Assembly (NCBI GenBank): GCA_963726745.1
Contig: CAVSDR010000006.1
Location: 448,001-512,000 of the forward strand
Direction of reading: 5' to 3'
Origin: an uncultured Verrucomicrobiae bacterium
GTDB lineage: Bacteria > Verrucomicrobiota > Verrucomicrobiia > Chthoniobacterales > UBA10450
DNA: 64,000 nt
In this document: piece by piece, positions 1 through 11,043 of the stretch
Layout: every line of letters begins with the position of its first letter
How positions within the stretch are numbered: position 1 is the stretch's first letter
Notes under the pieces: model-generated
Seen by the model: only the letters and a program-made list of their open reading frames with translations
The model's database searches: none
What the model was told of the DNA's origin: nothing
Program-made: the position numbers and the translations under genes

Positions 1-2
1 GG

Positions 3-1085
3 AAGGTCGACGGGCCGCATTTCGCCGGCTGGGAGATTTATCACATGAAAGGCTCGGCGGTAGATCCGGGCCGCATCTTTGCCTCGCAATCGAGCGGCTG
101 GTTCGGCCAGGTCATTCAGCGCTCGAACGATGGCGGGAAAACGTGGGAGACGCCGGGCGGCGGCCCGGGCAAGGATGCCATCGGCATGCCGACCGGCGAG
201 AGCAACAAGTTCGTCTACGAAGGCAAGGCGGGCACGCACATGTGGTATGACGGCACCCAGCACCCGTGGGAGTTCAAGCGCGTCTGGCATCTCGAGCCCT
301 CGTTAGGCGATCCGGATCATGTTTACGCCGGGGTGGAGGACGCAGCTCTGTTTGAATCGAAAGACGGCGGCACGAGCTGGCAGGAGTTGGCCGGGCTGCG
401 CACGCACCACAGTGGCCCGCAATGGCAGCCGGGCGCGGGGGGAATGTGCCTGCACACCATCCTGATTGATCCGACGAATCCGCGCCGCCTTTACGTCGCC
501 ATCTCGGCCGCGGGCGCCTTTCGGAGCGACGACGCGGGCGCGACCTGGAAGCCGATCAACAAAGGGCTGCAGTCGCAGTTCATGCCCGACCCGGACGCTG
601 AAGTGGGCCATTGCGTTCATCGCATCGCTTTTCATCCCTCGCGGCCGGAGACGCTCTTCATGCAGAAGCATTGGGACGTGATGCGGAGCGACAACGCCGG
701 CGATCTTTGGTCGGAAGTAAGCGACAATCTCCCGAGCGATTTTGGTTTCCCGATCGATGTGCACGCGCACGAGCCGGAGACAATCTACGTCGTCCCGATC
801 AAGAGCGACTCGGAGCATTTCCCGCCGGACGGAAAGCTGCGCGTCTACCGCAGCCGGAGCGGCGGCGGCGACTGGGAAGCGCTGACCAAAGGGCTCCCGC
901 AGGAGAACTGCTACGTGAACGTCCTCCGCGACGCCATGGCGGTGGATTCGCTGGACGAATGCGGCGTCTATTTCGGCACGAGCGGCGGTCAGGTTTACGG
1001 GTCGCGCGATGGCGGCGATACCTGGGAAGCAATCGTGCGCGACCTGCCGCCGGTGCTCTCGGTCGAAGTGCAGACACTCCCGTGA
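3..1085 (+). CDS. BNR/Asp-box beta-propeller protein (exo-alpha-sialidase-like), 5' partial
   Basis: Repeated S-x-D-x-G-x-T/S-W Asp-boxes ([36 protein letters not shown]). The frame is open to the window edge. Confidence 0.85.
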   Translation, partial: KVDGPHFAGWEIYHMKGSAVDPGRIFASQSSGWFGQVIQRSNDGGKTWETPGGGPGKDAIGMPTGESNKFVYEGKAGTHMWYDGTQHPWEFKRVWHLEPSLGDPDHVYAGVEDAALFESKDGGTSWQELAGLRTHHSGPQWQPGAGGMCLHTILIDPTNPRRLYVAISAAGAFRSDDAGATWKPINKGLQSQFMPDPDAEVGHCVHRIAFHPSRPETLFMQKHWDVMRSDNAGDLWSEVSDNLPSDFGFPIDVHAHEPETIYVVPIKSDSEHFPPDGKLRVYRSRSGGGDWEALTKGLPQENCYVNVLRDAMAVDSLDECGVYFGTSGGQVYGSRDGGDTWEAIVRDLPPVLSVEVQTLP

Positions 1086-1379
1086 TCCGCGTCGTCCTGC
1101 CGCATCATCTCCGCACGCTCGCGCGTGTCGGCGACGAGGTGCGTTTGGAATTAGACAGCGAGATCACAACCGCGCGCATCCTGGACGCGCTCGAGGAAAA
1201 GTATCCCGCGCTCCGCGGCAACGATCCGCGAACACGGGACGCTCAAGCGCCGGCCGATGGTCCGCTTTTTCGCCTGCGAAGAAGACATCTCGCTCGAGCC
1301 GACAAACGCTCCCCTGCCTGCTGCCATCGCCGAAGGGCGCGAGCCATTTATCATTTTGGGCGCGATTGCCGGCGGTTAA
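1082..1379 (+). CDS. MoaD/ThiS family ubiquitin-like protein (apparent frameshift ~1220)
   Basis: GTG overlaps the previous stop. [14 protein letters not shown]...YPALRG continues in a shifted frame as [17 protein letters not shown]...GAIAGG*, ending in the C-terminal GG. Confidence 0.8.
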
Positions 1380-1388
1380 GCTGGCGGC

Positions 1389-1814
1389 ATGAACCAGGAT
1401 TTTTCCAGCACTCGCGCCGCGGAACCGGTCGGCGCGTTTCCGCACGCCAAGCGCGTTGGCGATCTGCTCTTCCTTTCCGGGATCGGCCCGCGCGTCCGGG
1501 GGAGCAAGGAAATCCCGGGCGTCATGCTCGATGCGGAACGCAACATTTTAGCCTACGACATCGAGAAGCAGTGCCACGCGGTCTTTGAGAATGTCCGCCT
1601 CGTCTTAGAAGACGCGGGCGCTAGCTGGAATGACATCGTCGACGTGACCGTTTTCCTGACCGACATGAAGCAGGACTTCCCCGTCTTCAATCGCATCTAC
1701 CCGGAATACTTCGCCGGCGAAGACAAACCGAACCCCACGCGCACCACCGTGGAAGTGGGCGCGCTGCCCACGCCGATCGCGATCGAGCTGAAAGTCATCG
1801 CAGTGGCGCGCTAG
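1389..1814 (+). CDS. RidA family protein, probable 2-aminomuconate deaminase
   Basis: RidA motifs (PVGAFPHAKRVGDLLFLSG, NPTRTTVEV, IAIELKVIA); lies next to kynU and kmo. Confidence 0.8.
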   Translation: MNQDFSSTRAAEPVGAFPHAKRVGDLLFLSGIGPRVRGSKEIPGVMLDAERNILAYDIEKQCHAVFENVRLVLEDAGASWNDIVDVTVFLTDMKQDFPVFNRIYPEYFAGEDKPNPTRTTVEVGALPTPIAIELKVIAVAR

Positions 1815-2004
1815 GCACTCGCGCTCCAATTGCGGGTCCTCGCGATCAGCCCGCGTGCTGGCGCGGCGGCGGGCGCGTGCATCTTTCCGGAAGGTGATTC
1901 GCGGGCACGCCGGAAAAATCACACGCCATCTGCGCGGGCCAGACCAGCCAAACCGGCGCGGCGGTCTTGCATTGCCGCCCCGGCAGGCGGATTCGTTTTG
2001 CCTC

Positions 2005-3283
2005 ATGGCAGCCCCTTTCTCCACTGGCGAGACTTTCGCCCGGCAGAGTGACCGCGACGATGCGCTCGCGAAATTTAGACAGCAATTTCACCTGCCAACG
2101 GACGCGCAGGGCGAGCCGCTGATTTATTTTGTCGGCAACTCGTTAGGCCTCCAGCCCAAGGCCGCGCGCGGTTTGCTCGAGCAGGAGCTGGAGGATTGGG
2201 CGCGGCTCGCGGTCGATGGCCATCTGCAGGCGCGCACGCCCTGGTATTCCTACCACGAGACGGTGCGCGAGCCGCTCGCGCGGATCGTCCGCGCGCAGCC
2301 CGAGGAAGTGGTCTGCATGAACAGCCTGACGGTGAACCTGCACTTCCTGATGGCGACCTTTTACCGGCCGACGAAAGAGCGCTGCAAGATCGTGATGGAA
2401 GAGCCGGCTTTTCCTTCCGACACCTACGCGATTCGCTCGCAAATCGAGCATCACGGCTTCGACCCCGAGACCGCGCTTGTGCTCGCGCGGCCGCGCGACG
2501 GCGAGACCACTCTCCGCACCGAAGACATCGAGGCGCTTCTCGAACGCGAAGGCGACTCGGTCGCGCTCGTTCTTTTCGCGGGCGTGAACTTTTTCACCGG
2601 GACAGTTTTTCGATGTCGCCCGCATCACTGCGGCGGCGCAGAAGCGCGGTTGCACCGTGGGGATCGATCTCGCGCACGCGGTCGGCAACGTCCCGCTCGC
2701 CCTGCATGATTGGAACGTCGATTTCGCCGTCTGGTGTTCCTACAAATATCTCAACGCCGGGCCAGGCGCAGTCGCGGGCGCGTTCGTGCACGAGCGCCAC
2801 GCCAGGAACACTGCGCTGCCGCGCCTCGCCGGCTGGTGGGGCAACGATCCCGCGACCCGTTTCCGGATGCAGCTCGAGCCGGAGTTCATCCCGGTGCCGC
2901 GGGCCGATGCCTGGGCAGTGAGCAATCCGCCGATCCTTTCGATGACGCCGCTGCGCGCCTCGCTCGCGCTTTTTGACGAGGCCGGCGGAATGGAACCGCT
3001 GCGCGCGAAATCGGAGAAGCTCACCGGCTACCTCGAGTTCCTCCTCGGGCAAATCGGCTCGAGCCGCTTCTCGATCATCACGCCGCGTGAGCCGGGCGCG
3101 CGCGGCTGCCAGCTATCGATCGTGGTCCACGAGCATCCGAAGGAGCTCTTCGCCAAGCTCGAGGCCGCAGGGGTGCGCTGCGATTTCCGCGAGCCGAACG
3201 TCATCCGGGCCGCGCCGACGCCGCTTTACAACAGCTTCCACGACGTCTGGCGTTTCGCGCAGATCCTCGCGGCGCATCACTGA
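2005..3283 (+). CDS. kynU: Kynureninase, 3-hydroxykynureninase-type (apparent frameshift ~2600)
   Basis: YFVGNSLGLQPK, MNSLTVNLH, DLAHAVGN, WCSYKYLNAGPG, SNPP, CDFREPNVIR; split across ORFs 1855-2709 and 2657-3283. Confidence 0.92.
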
Positions 3284-3304
3284 GAGCGCGCTGCCTAACG
3301 ACTG

Positions 3305-3715
3305 CTACCCGAGCAGTTCCTTGACGCACTTGATCAAGCCTTCGACCGCGAAGGGCTTGACCAGGTATTTCACTTCTTCGTCGATCAGGAAGCGGTGGAT
3401 CTCCGCCTCCGCGGCAAAGCCGGTGATGAAGATGAAGTGGTCGGCTAATTCCGGCTGGGTGCGCTTGATCTCGAGAAAGAATTCGTCGCCGCGCAGGCGG
3501 GGCATTTTCAAATCGCAGACGATCGCGTCGTATTGATGCACGCGCGTTTTCAGGCGCGCCTCCTCGCCGTCGTAGGCCACGTCGACCAGAAAATTTTCGT
3601 CCGCCAGGATCCACTGCAAGGCGGAAGCCAGCTGCTTGTCATCATCCACGAGGAGGATGGCCTTGAGCCCCAATTCGTGCGTTGGGGGCGGCTGATCTTC
3701 CGAATTCATCTTCAT
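3305..3715 (-). CDS. Single-domain response regulator
   Basis: ILLVDDD, CDLKMP, FITG, LVKPF receiver motifs. Confidence 0.9.
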   Translation of the reverse strand: MKMNSEDQPPPTHELGLKAILLVDDDKQLASALQWILADENFLVDVAYDGEEARLKTRVHQYDAIVCDLKMPRLRGDEFFLEIKRTQPELADHFIFITGFAAEAEIHRFLIDEEVKYLVKPFAVEGLIKCVKELLG

Positions 3716-3824
3716 TGGTTAGGCTCTCCCCTTAGCACGGTCAATGCCACCCAGCCGCTGGCCCTTGAGGCGGCCCATAGCTTTTCCCTCTTTCTTCGCG
3801 GAGCGATTCGCCGATTCTTCTCCC

Positions 3825-5133
3825 GTGTCCAGGTATCTCCTCATCGGCAGCGGTCTGGCCGGCGGCATGATGGCCGCGTTTCTCGGGCGGCGCGGCCACG
3901 AGGTGGAACTCTTCGAGCGCCGGGCCGATCCGCATGCCGGCAACCTTGTCGGCGGCCGCTCGATCAATCTCGCGCTCTCCACCCGCGGGATCCACGCGCT
4001 CGAGCGCCTCGGGATTGCTGACGAAGTCTTGCAGCACGCCATCCCGATGCGCGGCCGGATGATCCACGACAAGTCGGGCGCGCTTGCACTTCAGCGCTTA
4101 CGATCGCGATCCGTCGAAATGCATCAACTCGATCGGCCGCGGCGCGCTCAATAACGCCACCCTCGAGGCGGCGCAGCGTTACGCGAATGTGCGGGTGCAT
4201 TTCCTCCATCGCTGCACCGGGGTGGACCTGGAGACGCCCTCGGCGGACCTGGTCAAGGCGGAGACCGGTGAAGAAATTCGCGTCACGGGCGATGCGCTTA
4301 TCGGCGTGGACGGCGCGTTCTCCGCGGTGCGGGCGGCGATGCAGCGGACGGATCGCTTTGAATACAGCCAAAGTTATCTCGCGCACGGCTACAAGGAGCT
4401 GACAATTCCGCCCGCGGCCGACGGGAGTTGGCGGATGGAAAAAAACGCGCTCCACATCTGGCCGCGCCGGAGCTTCATGATGATCGCGCTGCCTAATCCC
4501 GACGGCTCCTTCACGTGCACGCTCTTTTGGGAATTCGAGGGGCCGCGGAGCTTTGCGAGCATGCGCGACGGCGAGGATTTCCGCCGCTTCTTCGAGGAGG
4601 AATTCCCCGATGCCGTGCCGCTCATGCCGACGCTGCTGGAGGACTATCGCGAGAACCCCACCGGCTCGTTAGTCACCGTGCGCTGCGCTCCGTGGAACTT
4701 CCGCGACAAGGTCGCGCTCCTCGGCGATGCCGCGCATGCGGTGGTCCCGTTCTACGGCCAGGGAATGAACGCCGCCTTCGAGGATTGCGAGGTGCTCGAC
4801 CAGTGTCTCGAGGAATTTGCGGATGATCGCGGCCGCGCTTTTGCGGCGTATTCCGCGCGGCGGAAGAAAAATGCCGACGCGCTCGCGGAACTCGCGGTGC
4901 AGAATTTTATCGAGATGCGCGACAAGACTGCCTCCCCAGTGTTCCGCGCGAAGAAGAAGCTCGATCATCTGCTCGAGGGCTGGTTTCCCGGCCGCTACCT
5001 GCCGCTTTACAGCATGATCAGCTTCACCCGCATCCCGTATGCGGAAGCGCAACGCCGCGCCCGCTTGCAGGACGCGCTCGTCTACGGCGCGGTCGGGTTG
5101 CTCGTCGCGCTCGTGCTCTTGCTCGTCTTCTGA
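3825..5133 (+). CDS. kmo: Kynurenine 3-monooxygenase (apparent frameshift ~4083)
   Basis: IGSGLAG, GRSINLALSTRG, HGYKELTIP, ALHIWPR, LGDAAHAVVPFYGQGMNAAFED, YSMISF. Confidence 0.92.
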
Positions 5134-5146
5134 TAACAGCGCATCC

Positions 5147-5587
5147 ATGAAACGCGTTCGTCCCGCCGTGGCGGTCTGGTTGAGCCTGCTGCTGGTGCTT
5201 CTCGTCACCGCTTGCCAGAAAAAAACCGGCGAGCTCTCGCCGGCACTGCAGGCGCGTTTTGACCAAGAGGGCGTGCAACATCGCGCCGAGGATCTTACTT
5301 TTCGCCGGACCAAATTAGCCGGCGACAAGAGCTGGGACGAAAAGCGCGCATCGCTCGTCGTCACCCGAGAGAGTGTCTTTCTGCACGTCAACGGCCAGCC
5401 GCTGGTCGAGATCACCCCGCGCTCCACCGGTCAATACGAAGTCAGCCGCGACCACGACCGGATCAGCTTGCGCGCGGGCAGCGGCAAGTCGGCCGCCAGT
5501 TGGTCTTTCCGCCCGCCGGACCCCGCCGAGGCCGATGCCTGGACGACCGACATTCGCGCCGTGATCAAGCACTCGAAGGCGCGTTAG
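5147..5587 (+). CDS. Hypothetical lipoprotein
   Basis: Hydrophobic N-terminus with lipobox-like VTAC. Confidence 0.65.
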   Translation: MKRVRPAVAVWLSLLLVLLVTACQKKTGELSPALQARFDQEGVQHRAEDLTFRRTKLAGDKSWDEKRASLVVTRESVFLHVNGQPLVEITPRSTGQYEVSRDHDRISLRAGSGKSAASWSFRPPDPAEADAWTTDIRAVIKHSKAR

Positions 5588-6212
5588 CGCGGGCCGCGGG
5601 CGGATGCCCGGCACGCATCTGCCGATCGTGCCAGCGGCCAAAGAAAATCGCCGCGCACAAAGCGCCGGCTAAAGCGCAAGTCATGTCTTTTTGCGTGTCC
5701 CAGATATCCCCCTGCCCACCAAGAAACGCGTCCGCATTTTGCCCGTAAATCTCGGCGCTGATCCATTCGATCAACTCGTAGACAGCGCTAATTGTCATCG
5801 CCACGCAGACGATGAAAAACCCGATCCAGCCGCGCGCCGGGATAATTTCGCGCCGGACGATGATCTCGCGCGCGATCAACGCCGGCACCAGTCCTTGCGC
5901 GAAATGCCCCAGCCGATCGTAATGATTGCGCCCCAGCCCAAGCCATTGCTGCACCCAATGACCCGCCGGCACCTCCGCGTAGGTGTAATGCCCGCCGACC
6001 AGAAGGATAATCATGTGCAGCGCGATCAAAACCTGGAGGAGCAGGGTAAAACGAAACCGCTTCCGCACCGCCGCGAGCACGATCAAGCCCAGGAGCGCGG
6101 GCGTGACTTCCAGCCACCAGGTCAGCCGATCATGCGGCCCGATCCCGGACCAAACCAGGACCGCGAGCACCGCCGCGAGCAGCAGGAGCGTCCATCGATT
6201 GTAGGCGGGCAT
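5565..6212 (-). CDS. DUF2238/YjdF-like inner membrane protein
   Basis: GGHYTYAEVP, RNHYDRLGHFAQG, YELIEW, QGDIWDTQKDM. Confidence 0.88.
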   Translation of the reverse strand: MPAYNRWTLLLLAAVLAVLVWSGIGPHDRLTWWLEVTPALLGLIVLAAVRKRFRFTLLLQVLIALHMIILLVGGHYTYAEVPAGHWVQQWLGLGRNHYDRLGHFAQGLVPALIAREIIVRREIIPARGWIGFFIVCVAMTISAVYELIEWISAEIYGQNADAFLGGQGDIWDTQKDMTCALAGALCAAIFFGRWHDRQMRAGHPPAARANAPSSA

Positions 6213-6260
6213 CGCTCGCTGCACTGAAGTTGCCGCCTAAAGCTGGCGGCCTAACGAACG

Positions 6261-6680
6261 CTAGTATTCCTCGCCTTCGTCGACCACGCCGGGGACCACG
6301 CGATCCTTGATCGCGTAGACGTGGAACATGACGCCGAACCAGAAGAGCGGAAGGAGCGCCAACCCGAAGCCGGCCGTGGCCGTCGCCGCCAGGAGGGAGA
6401 TCGCCACTGCCATCGGCGTGGCCACAAAAATGAGCAGGAGCCCCATCACCCGGTGCCCCTTGTAGATGTGCCCGAGGCCCGGGAAAACACTCAGCAATAC
6501 CGCGACGGCGTCGCTCGCCGCGCCCTCGGCCGTTTCCGGTTTGCCTTCGCGCTCCCAGTTGCAGTGGGTGCAATGGTCCGCCTCTTTCGGCAGCGTGGTC
6601 CCGCATTGCGGGCACTCCATTGTTCCGGGCACTTCCGTGCTCAGGGTTTCCTCGGTGACTGGCGCGTCGGTGTATTCCAC
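6261..6680 (-). CDS. Hypothetical zinc-ribbon membrane protein
   Basis: CPQC..CTHC, then PGLGHIYKG and transmembrane segments. Confidence 0.7.
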   Translation of the reverse strand: MEYTDAPVTEETLSTEVPGTMECPQCGTTLPKEADHCTHCNWEREGKPETAEGAASDAVAVLLSVFPGLGHIYKGHRVMGLLLIFVATPMAVAISLLAATATAGFGLALLPLFWFGVMFHVYAIKDRVVPGVVDEGEEY

Positions 6681-6794
6681 GGGTGAACTCCTCTTTTGAA
6701 AATATCGGCTGCGCCAAAGTCCTAACCGCCGCCGCCGCCGTCAAGCACCGTCTGCGAGCTTGCGCTCCCGAGCGCGCGCCCGCTTTATTCCCCC

Positions 6795-7550
6795 GTGGCC
6801 GCACTCGCCGAGATCGTTCGTTATGCCGACAGCTTTCTGCGGATCGGCGCCTCGGGCGACTGGGCGAACGCGCTTAACGGCCTTCAGGTCGAGAACGCCG
6901 GCGAGGTCCGGAAAATCGGCGCGGCGGTCGATGCTTCCACGCGCACCTTCGAGGCCGCGAGCAATGCCGGGGTCGACCTGCTCGTGGTCCATCACGGCTT
7001 GTTCTGGGCCGGGCTGCGGCCGATCACCGGGCCGCTCCGCCGCCAGCTCGCGCTCGCCTTTGCGAGAGATCTCGCGCTCTACAGCGCGCATCTGCCGCTC
7101 GACGTCCATCCGGTCGTGGGCAACAACGCTCTCCTCGCGACCGCGCTCGGATTGGAAAACCCAACGCCCTTTCTCGAAACCAAGGGGCAGCTCGTCGGCC
7201 TGCGCTTCGAGGCTGAGTTCGCGCTTCCCAAGCTGGCCACAAAGCTTGAGCAGTCGTTAGGCAGCGAGATCAAGGTTTTCGCCAGCGGGCCCACGATCAC
7301 GAAACAGATCGGTGTCATCACCGGCGGCGCCGGCTCGGAAATTTACCAGGTGGCCGCGGAAGGCATCGACACCTTCATCACCGGCGAAGCGCCCCACTGG
7401 GCGGCGGTCGCGGCCGAGGAAATAGGCGTCAACCTCTTGTTAGGCGGACATTACGCGACCGAGACCTTCGGCGTGAAAGCGCTCGCGGCGCACCTCGCGG
7501 AACGCTTCGCCCTTCCGTGGGAATTTTTCGACGCGCCCACCGGTTTGTGA
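6795..7550 (+). CDS. Nif3-like dinuclear metal centre protein
   Basis: NGLQVE, VHHGLFW, SAHLPLDVHP, GNN, FITGE, GHYATETFG. Confidence 0.92.
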   Translation: MAALAEIVRYADSFLRIGASGDWANALNGLQVENAGEVRKIGAAVDASTRTFEAASNAGVDLLVVHHGLFWAGLRPITGPLRRQLALAFARDLALYSAHLPLDVHPVVGNNALLATALGLENPTPFLETKGQLVGLRFEAEFALPKLATKLEQSLGSEIKVFASGPTITKQIGVITGGAGSEIYQVAAEGIDTFITGEAPHWAAVAAEEIGVNLLLGGHYATETFGVKALAAHLAERFALPWEFFDAPTGL

Positions 7551-9265
7551 TGCATCTCGTCTTTGTCTTCCTCGGCTTCTTTGCGCTCGGCGCGGTCTTG
7601 CTCGTCTGCGTCCTCTTCCTCGCGCAACAAGGGCAGCGCTTGCGCCGCTTGGAGCGCGCGGTGCAAGAACTCCAGGGCCCGCGGGTCCCGGTGCCGGAAG
7701 TTCGGTCCTCGCTGCCGCCCGTGCCGCCCGCGGTGCCCCGGCGCGCGATCGATTGGGAAGCGTTCCTGGGCGTAAAACTTTTCGCCTGGATTGGCGGCTT
7801 CGTCCTCTTCCTCGGGGTCGTCTTCCTGGTGAAGTATTCCTTCGAGAACAACCTGATCACGCCCGCGCTCCGCGTGTTTCTTGGGCTGCTCATCGGCCTC
7901 GCGCTCGTCACTGCCGGCTGGCTGACCGCCCGCCGCCGCTATCGCATCCCCGGGCAAAGTCTCTGCGCCACCGGCTTGCTCGTGCTCTACGCCGCCATCT
8001 TCGGCGCGCACACTTTCTACGGCTTGATCTCGTTAGGCAGCGCTTTCCTGGGGATGTCGCTCGTAACCGTGGGCGCGTTTCTTCTCGCGGTAAAACTGGA
8101 CGCTGCGGTCGTGGTCACGCTCGGCTTGCTCGGCGGGTTCCTCACCCCGCCGTTGCTCAGCAACACGCGCCAGTCCTGGGCCATCTTCGGTTACATCGCG
8201 CTGCTTGATTCCGGGATTGCCGCGGTCGTTTTGCGGAAGCGCTGGGATTATCTCCTCGCGCTGGCCGCGCTCGGCACGGTCGCGCTCGAACTCGCCTGGC
8301 TGCCGACTGACGATGCCTCCCGCCTTGCCCTCGGCTTCCCGATTTTCCTCGGGCTGCAGGCGCTTTTTCTCGCGGTCGTCCTGCTGCGCCAACGCCTCGA
8401 GCCGGTCGAGCATTGGTCGGTGCCCTCGGCGGCGGCGGTCGGCTGCGGCTCGCTCGTGCTCGTCCTCGCCGCGCTCGAGTTGCCGACATTGGCGGCCAAC
8501 TTCGCGCTCATTTTTGGCAGCACTTTGATCGCCGATACCGGACTGCTCGCGCTCGCTTTTTGGAGACCAAAAACTGCGCAGCCCGCCTTCACCGCGCGCC
8601 ACCTCGCAGCCGCGCTCGCCCTGGGCCTGACCTGCGCGATCGAGTGGCAATGGCACCAGCTCGCGCTCCCCAATGTCCCGCCCGCACTCGAGCTCGGCTG
8701 GTATCTGGCCTTCTTCCTTCTCTTTTACGGCTTCCCGTTTTTCCTCAACGGCCGAAGCACCTGGCCGTGGGTCACGAGCGCCTGGGCCGGCGTGCTCCAC
8801 TTCTCGTTAGTCTACGAGGTCGTGCGGGTGCATTTTCCCGCGTGGCGGAATGGCTTCCTCCCCGCCGCTTTCATCCTGCCGTATGCCTTCGCCGTCTGGT
8901 GGCTCGCGCGACGGCGCGCACCGGGCGGAAGTGACGCGCGCCTGGTCTGGCAGGGCGCGGCCGCGATCTACTTCCTCTCGCTCGTTTTCCCGATTCAATT
9001 CGAGCGCGAATGGATCACGCTCGGCTGGGGCGTGGAGGGTTTTGCGCTCCTCTTGCTCGGGATGAAAAAGCGGATCCGCCCGCTCCGTTATGCCGGGGTC
9101 ATCTTGCTCGCGCTCACCCTGCTGAAGCTCTTCCTCTACGACCTTGCGAATCTCAGCCAGCTCTACCGCATCGGCGCTTTCATCGGGGTGGCCGTGATCC
9201 TCCTGGTGGCGTCGTTCGTTTATCAGCGCTTTCTCGCGCCCGATAAAAACACGGAGAGCGTTTGA
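7550..9265 (+). CDS. DUF2339 family membrane protein
   Basis: DWEAFLGVKLFAWIGG, LGLLGGFLTP, LKLFLYDL...RIGAFIGV; many TM helices. Confidence 0.82.
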   Translation: MHLVFVFLGFFALGAVLLVCVLFLAQQGQRLRRLERAVQELQGPRVPVPEVRSSLPPVPPAVPRRAIDWEAFLGVKLFAWIGGFVLFLGVVFLVKYSFENNLITPALRVFLGLLIGLALVTAGWLTARRRYRIPGQSLCATGLLVLYAAIFGAHTFYGLISLGSAFLGMSLVTVGAFLLAVKLDAAVVVTLGLLGGFLTPPLLSNTRQSWAIFGYIALLDSGIAAVVLRKRWDYLLALAALGTVALELAWLPTDDASRLALGFPIFLGLQALFLAVVLLRQRLEPVEHWSVPSAAAVGCGSLVLVLAALELPTLAANFALIFGSTLIADTGLLALAFWRPKTAQPAFTARHLAAALALGLTCAIEWQWHQLALPNVPPALELGWYLAFFLLFYGFPFFLNGRSTWPWVTSAWAGVLHFSLVYEVVRVHFPAWRNGFLPAAFILPYAFAVWWLARRRAPGGSDARLVWQGAAAIYFLSLVFPIQFEREWITLGWGVEGFALLLLGMKKRIRPLRYAGVILLALTLLKLFLYDLANLSQLYRIGAFIGVAVILLVASFVYQRFLAPDKNTESV

Positions 9266-9440
9266 CTCTGCGCCCGCCCGCAGAACCATTCCCCACGTTC
9301 ATGGCCAAAAAACTCGACCGAAAAGTTGCGCTTCTCACCGGCATTGCGCCAGGCCGGCATGCCGTCGCTCAAGCCGCGCATCCTCGAGGTGCCGACGCTG
9401 ACGGTGGCGGAATCGCTCGCGTAGTTCTTTCGGTCCGCCG

Positions 9441-11034
9441 ATGGCTGCCCCGAACAGCGAGAGAGTGAGCGCCCGGGCCACCGGCGTGGTCGGCGTGGCC
9501 ATTCTCTGCAGCCGCGTGCTCGGATTAGTGCGCGAGATGGTGATCGCATCGCTCTTCGGCGCGAGCCGGAATCTCGATGCTTTCCTGACCGCCTTCCGCG
9601 CGCCGAACATGCTGCGCGATCTCTTTGCCGAAGGCGCGCTTTCGACCGCTTTCGTGACCACCTTCTCGAAGCGGATCGCGACTGAAGGCGACCAATCCGC
9701 CTGGGGCCTGGCGAACAAAGTGGCCACGCTCACCGCCGTTTTCATGAGCGCCACCGTGCTCGTGGGCGTGCTCACGGCGCACTGGCTCGTGGCCATTCTC
9801 GCGCCGGGGTTCGATCCCGAAAAGGCCGCGCTCACGGTCACGCTCACGCAGGTGATGTATCCCTTCATCCTGCTCGTTTCGCTGGCCGCGCTGGCCATGG
9901 GAATGCTGAACGCGAAGCACGTCTTCGGCATGCCGGCGATGGCCTCGAGCTTCTTCAATCTCGGCTCGATCATCGGCGGCGTGGCCATCGGCTATTGGAT
10001 CGATCCGCGCTTCGGCACGCGCGCGCTCGATCGGCCTCGCGATCGGCACGCTTATCGGCGGCTTGCTTCAGTTCCTCGTGCAGATTCCTTCGTTAGTCCG
10101 GGTCGGCTTTCAGTTTCGACCGGACTTCCAATGGCGCGACGAGGGGGTGAAGAAAGTCCTGCAGCTCATGGGCCCGGCGGTGATCGCGGCGAGCGCGGTC
10201 CAGGTGAATGTGCTGATCAACAGCGTCTTCGCCTCCTACTTGCAGGACGGCGCCGTTAGCTGGCTGAACATCGCTTTTCGCCTGATGCAATTGCCGCTCG
10301 GCATCTTCGGTGTGGCTGTGGCCACCGTCGCGCTCCCGCTGGTTTCGCGGAGCGCCGCACGCGGCGACATGGTCGCGTTTCGCAGCGGGCTCGCGCATGC
10401 GTTGCGGCTGGTGATGTTGCTGACTATTCCTTCCGCCATCGGGCTGGTTATTTTGGCGAAGCCGATCATCGCCCTGATCTACGAGCACGGGCGCTTCAGC
10501 GCGTTTGCCACCGAGCAGACCTCCGGCGCGCTCCAGTTCTACGCCATTGGTCTCGTCGGCTACGCCTCGGTCAAAGTGCTCGCGCCCGCTTTCTACGCGC
10601 TCGACCGCCGGAACCTGCCGATGCTCGTAAGCATCCTTTCGATCGGCCTGAACCTGTTCTTCAACTGGCTGCTAACCTTCCGTCTCGGCTTCGGGCATCG
10701 CGGCCTCGCGCTTTCCACCAGCATCATCGCGCTGATTAATTTCTCCCTGCTTTACCTGATGATGCGGCGCTATGCGGGCGCGCTCGAGTCTGGCGCGATG
10801 CTGCGCACCTTCGCGAAGCTGCTCGTCGCCGGCGCCTGCCTGGCCGCGGTCTGCTTCCTCGGGACACACCTTTTCTTCTCCGGCACGGCCAAGCTCACGC
10901 TCGGCCGGGAGTTGCTCAGCGTGGGCGTAACCGTGATCACCGCCGGCGTGGTTTTCTTCGTCACCGCCTACGCGCTCCGCGTCGCGGAATTGCAGGACCT
11001 GGTGCAATTGATCGCACGGAAACTGAAGCGCTAA
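9441..11034 (+). CDS. murJ: Lipid II flippase MurJ/MviN (apparent frameshift ~10030)
   Basis: SRVLGLVRE, AFRAPNMLRDLFAEGALS, AFRLMQLPLGIFGVA. Confidence 0.92.
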
Positions 11035-11043
11035 GGAGCGGTC

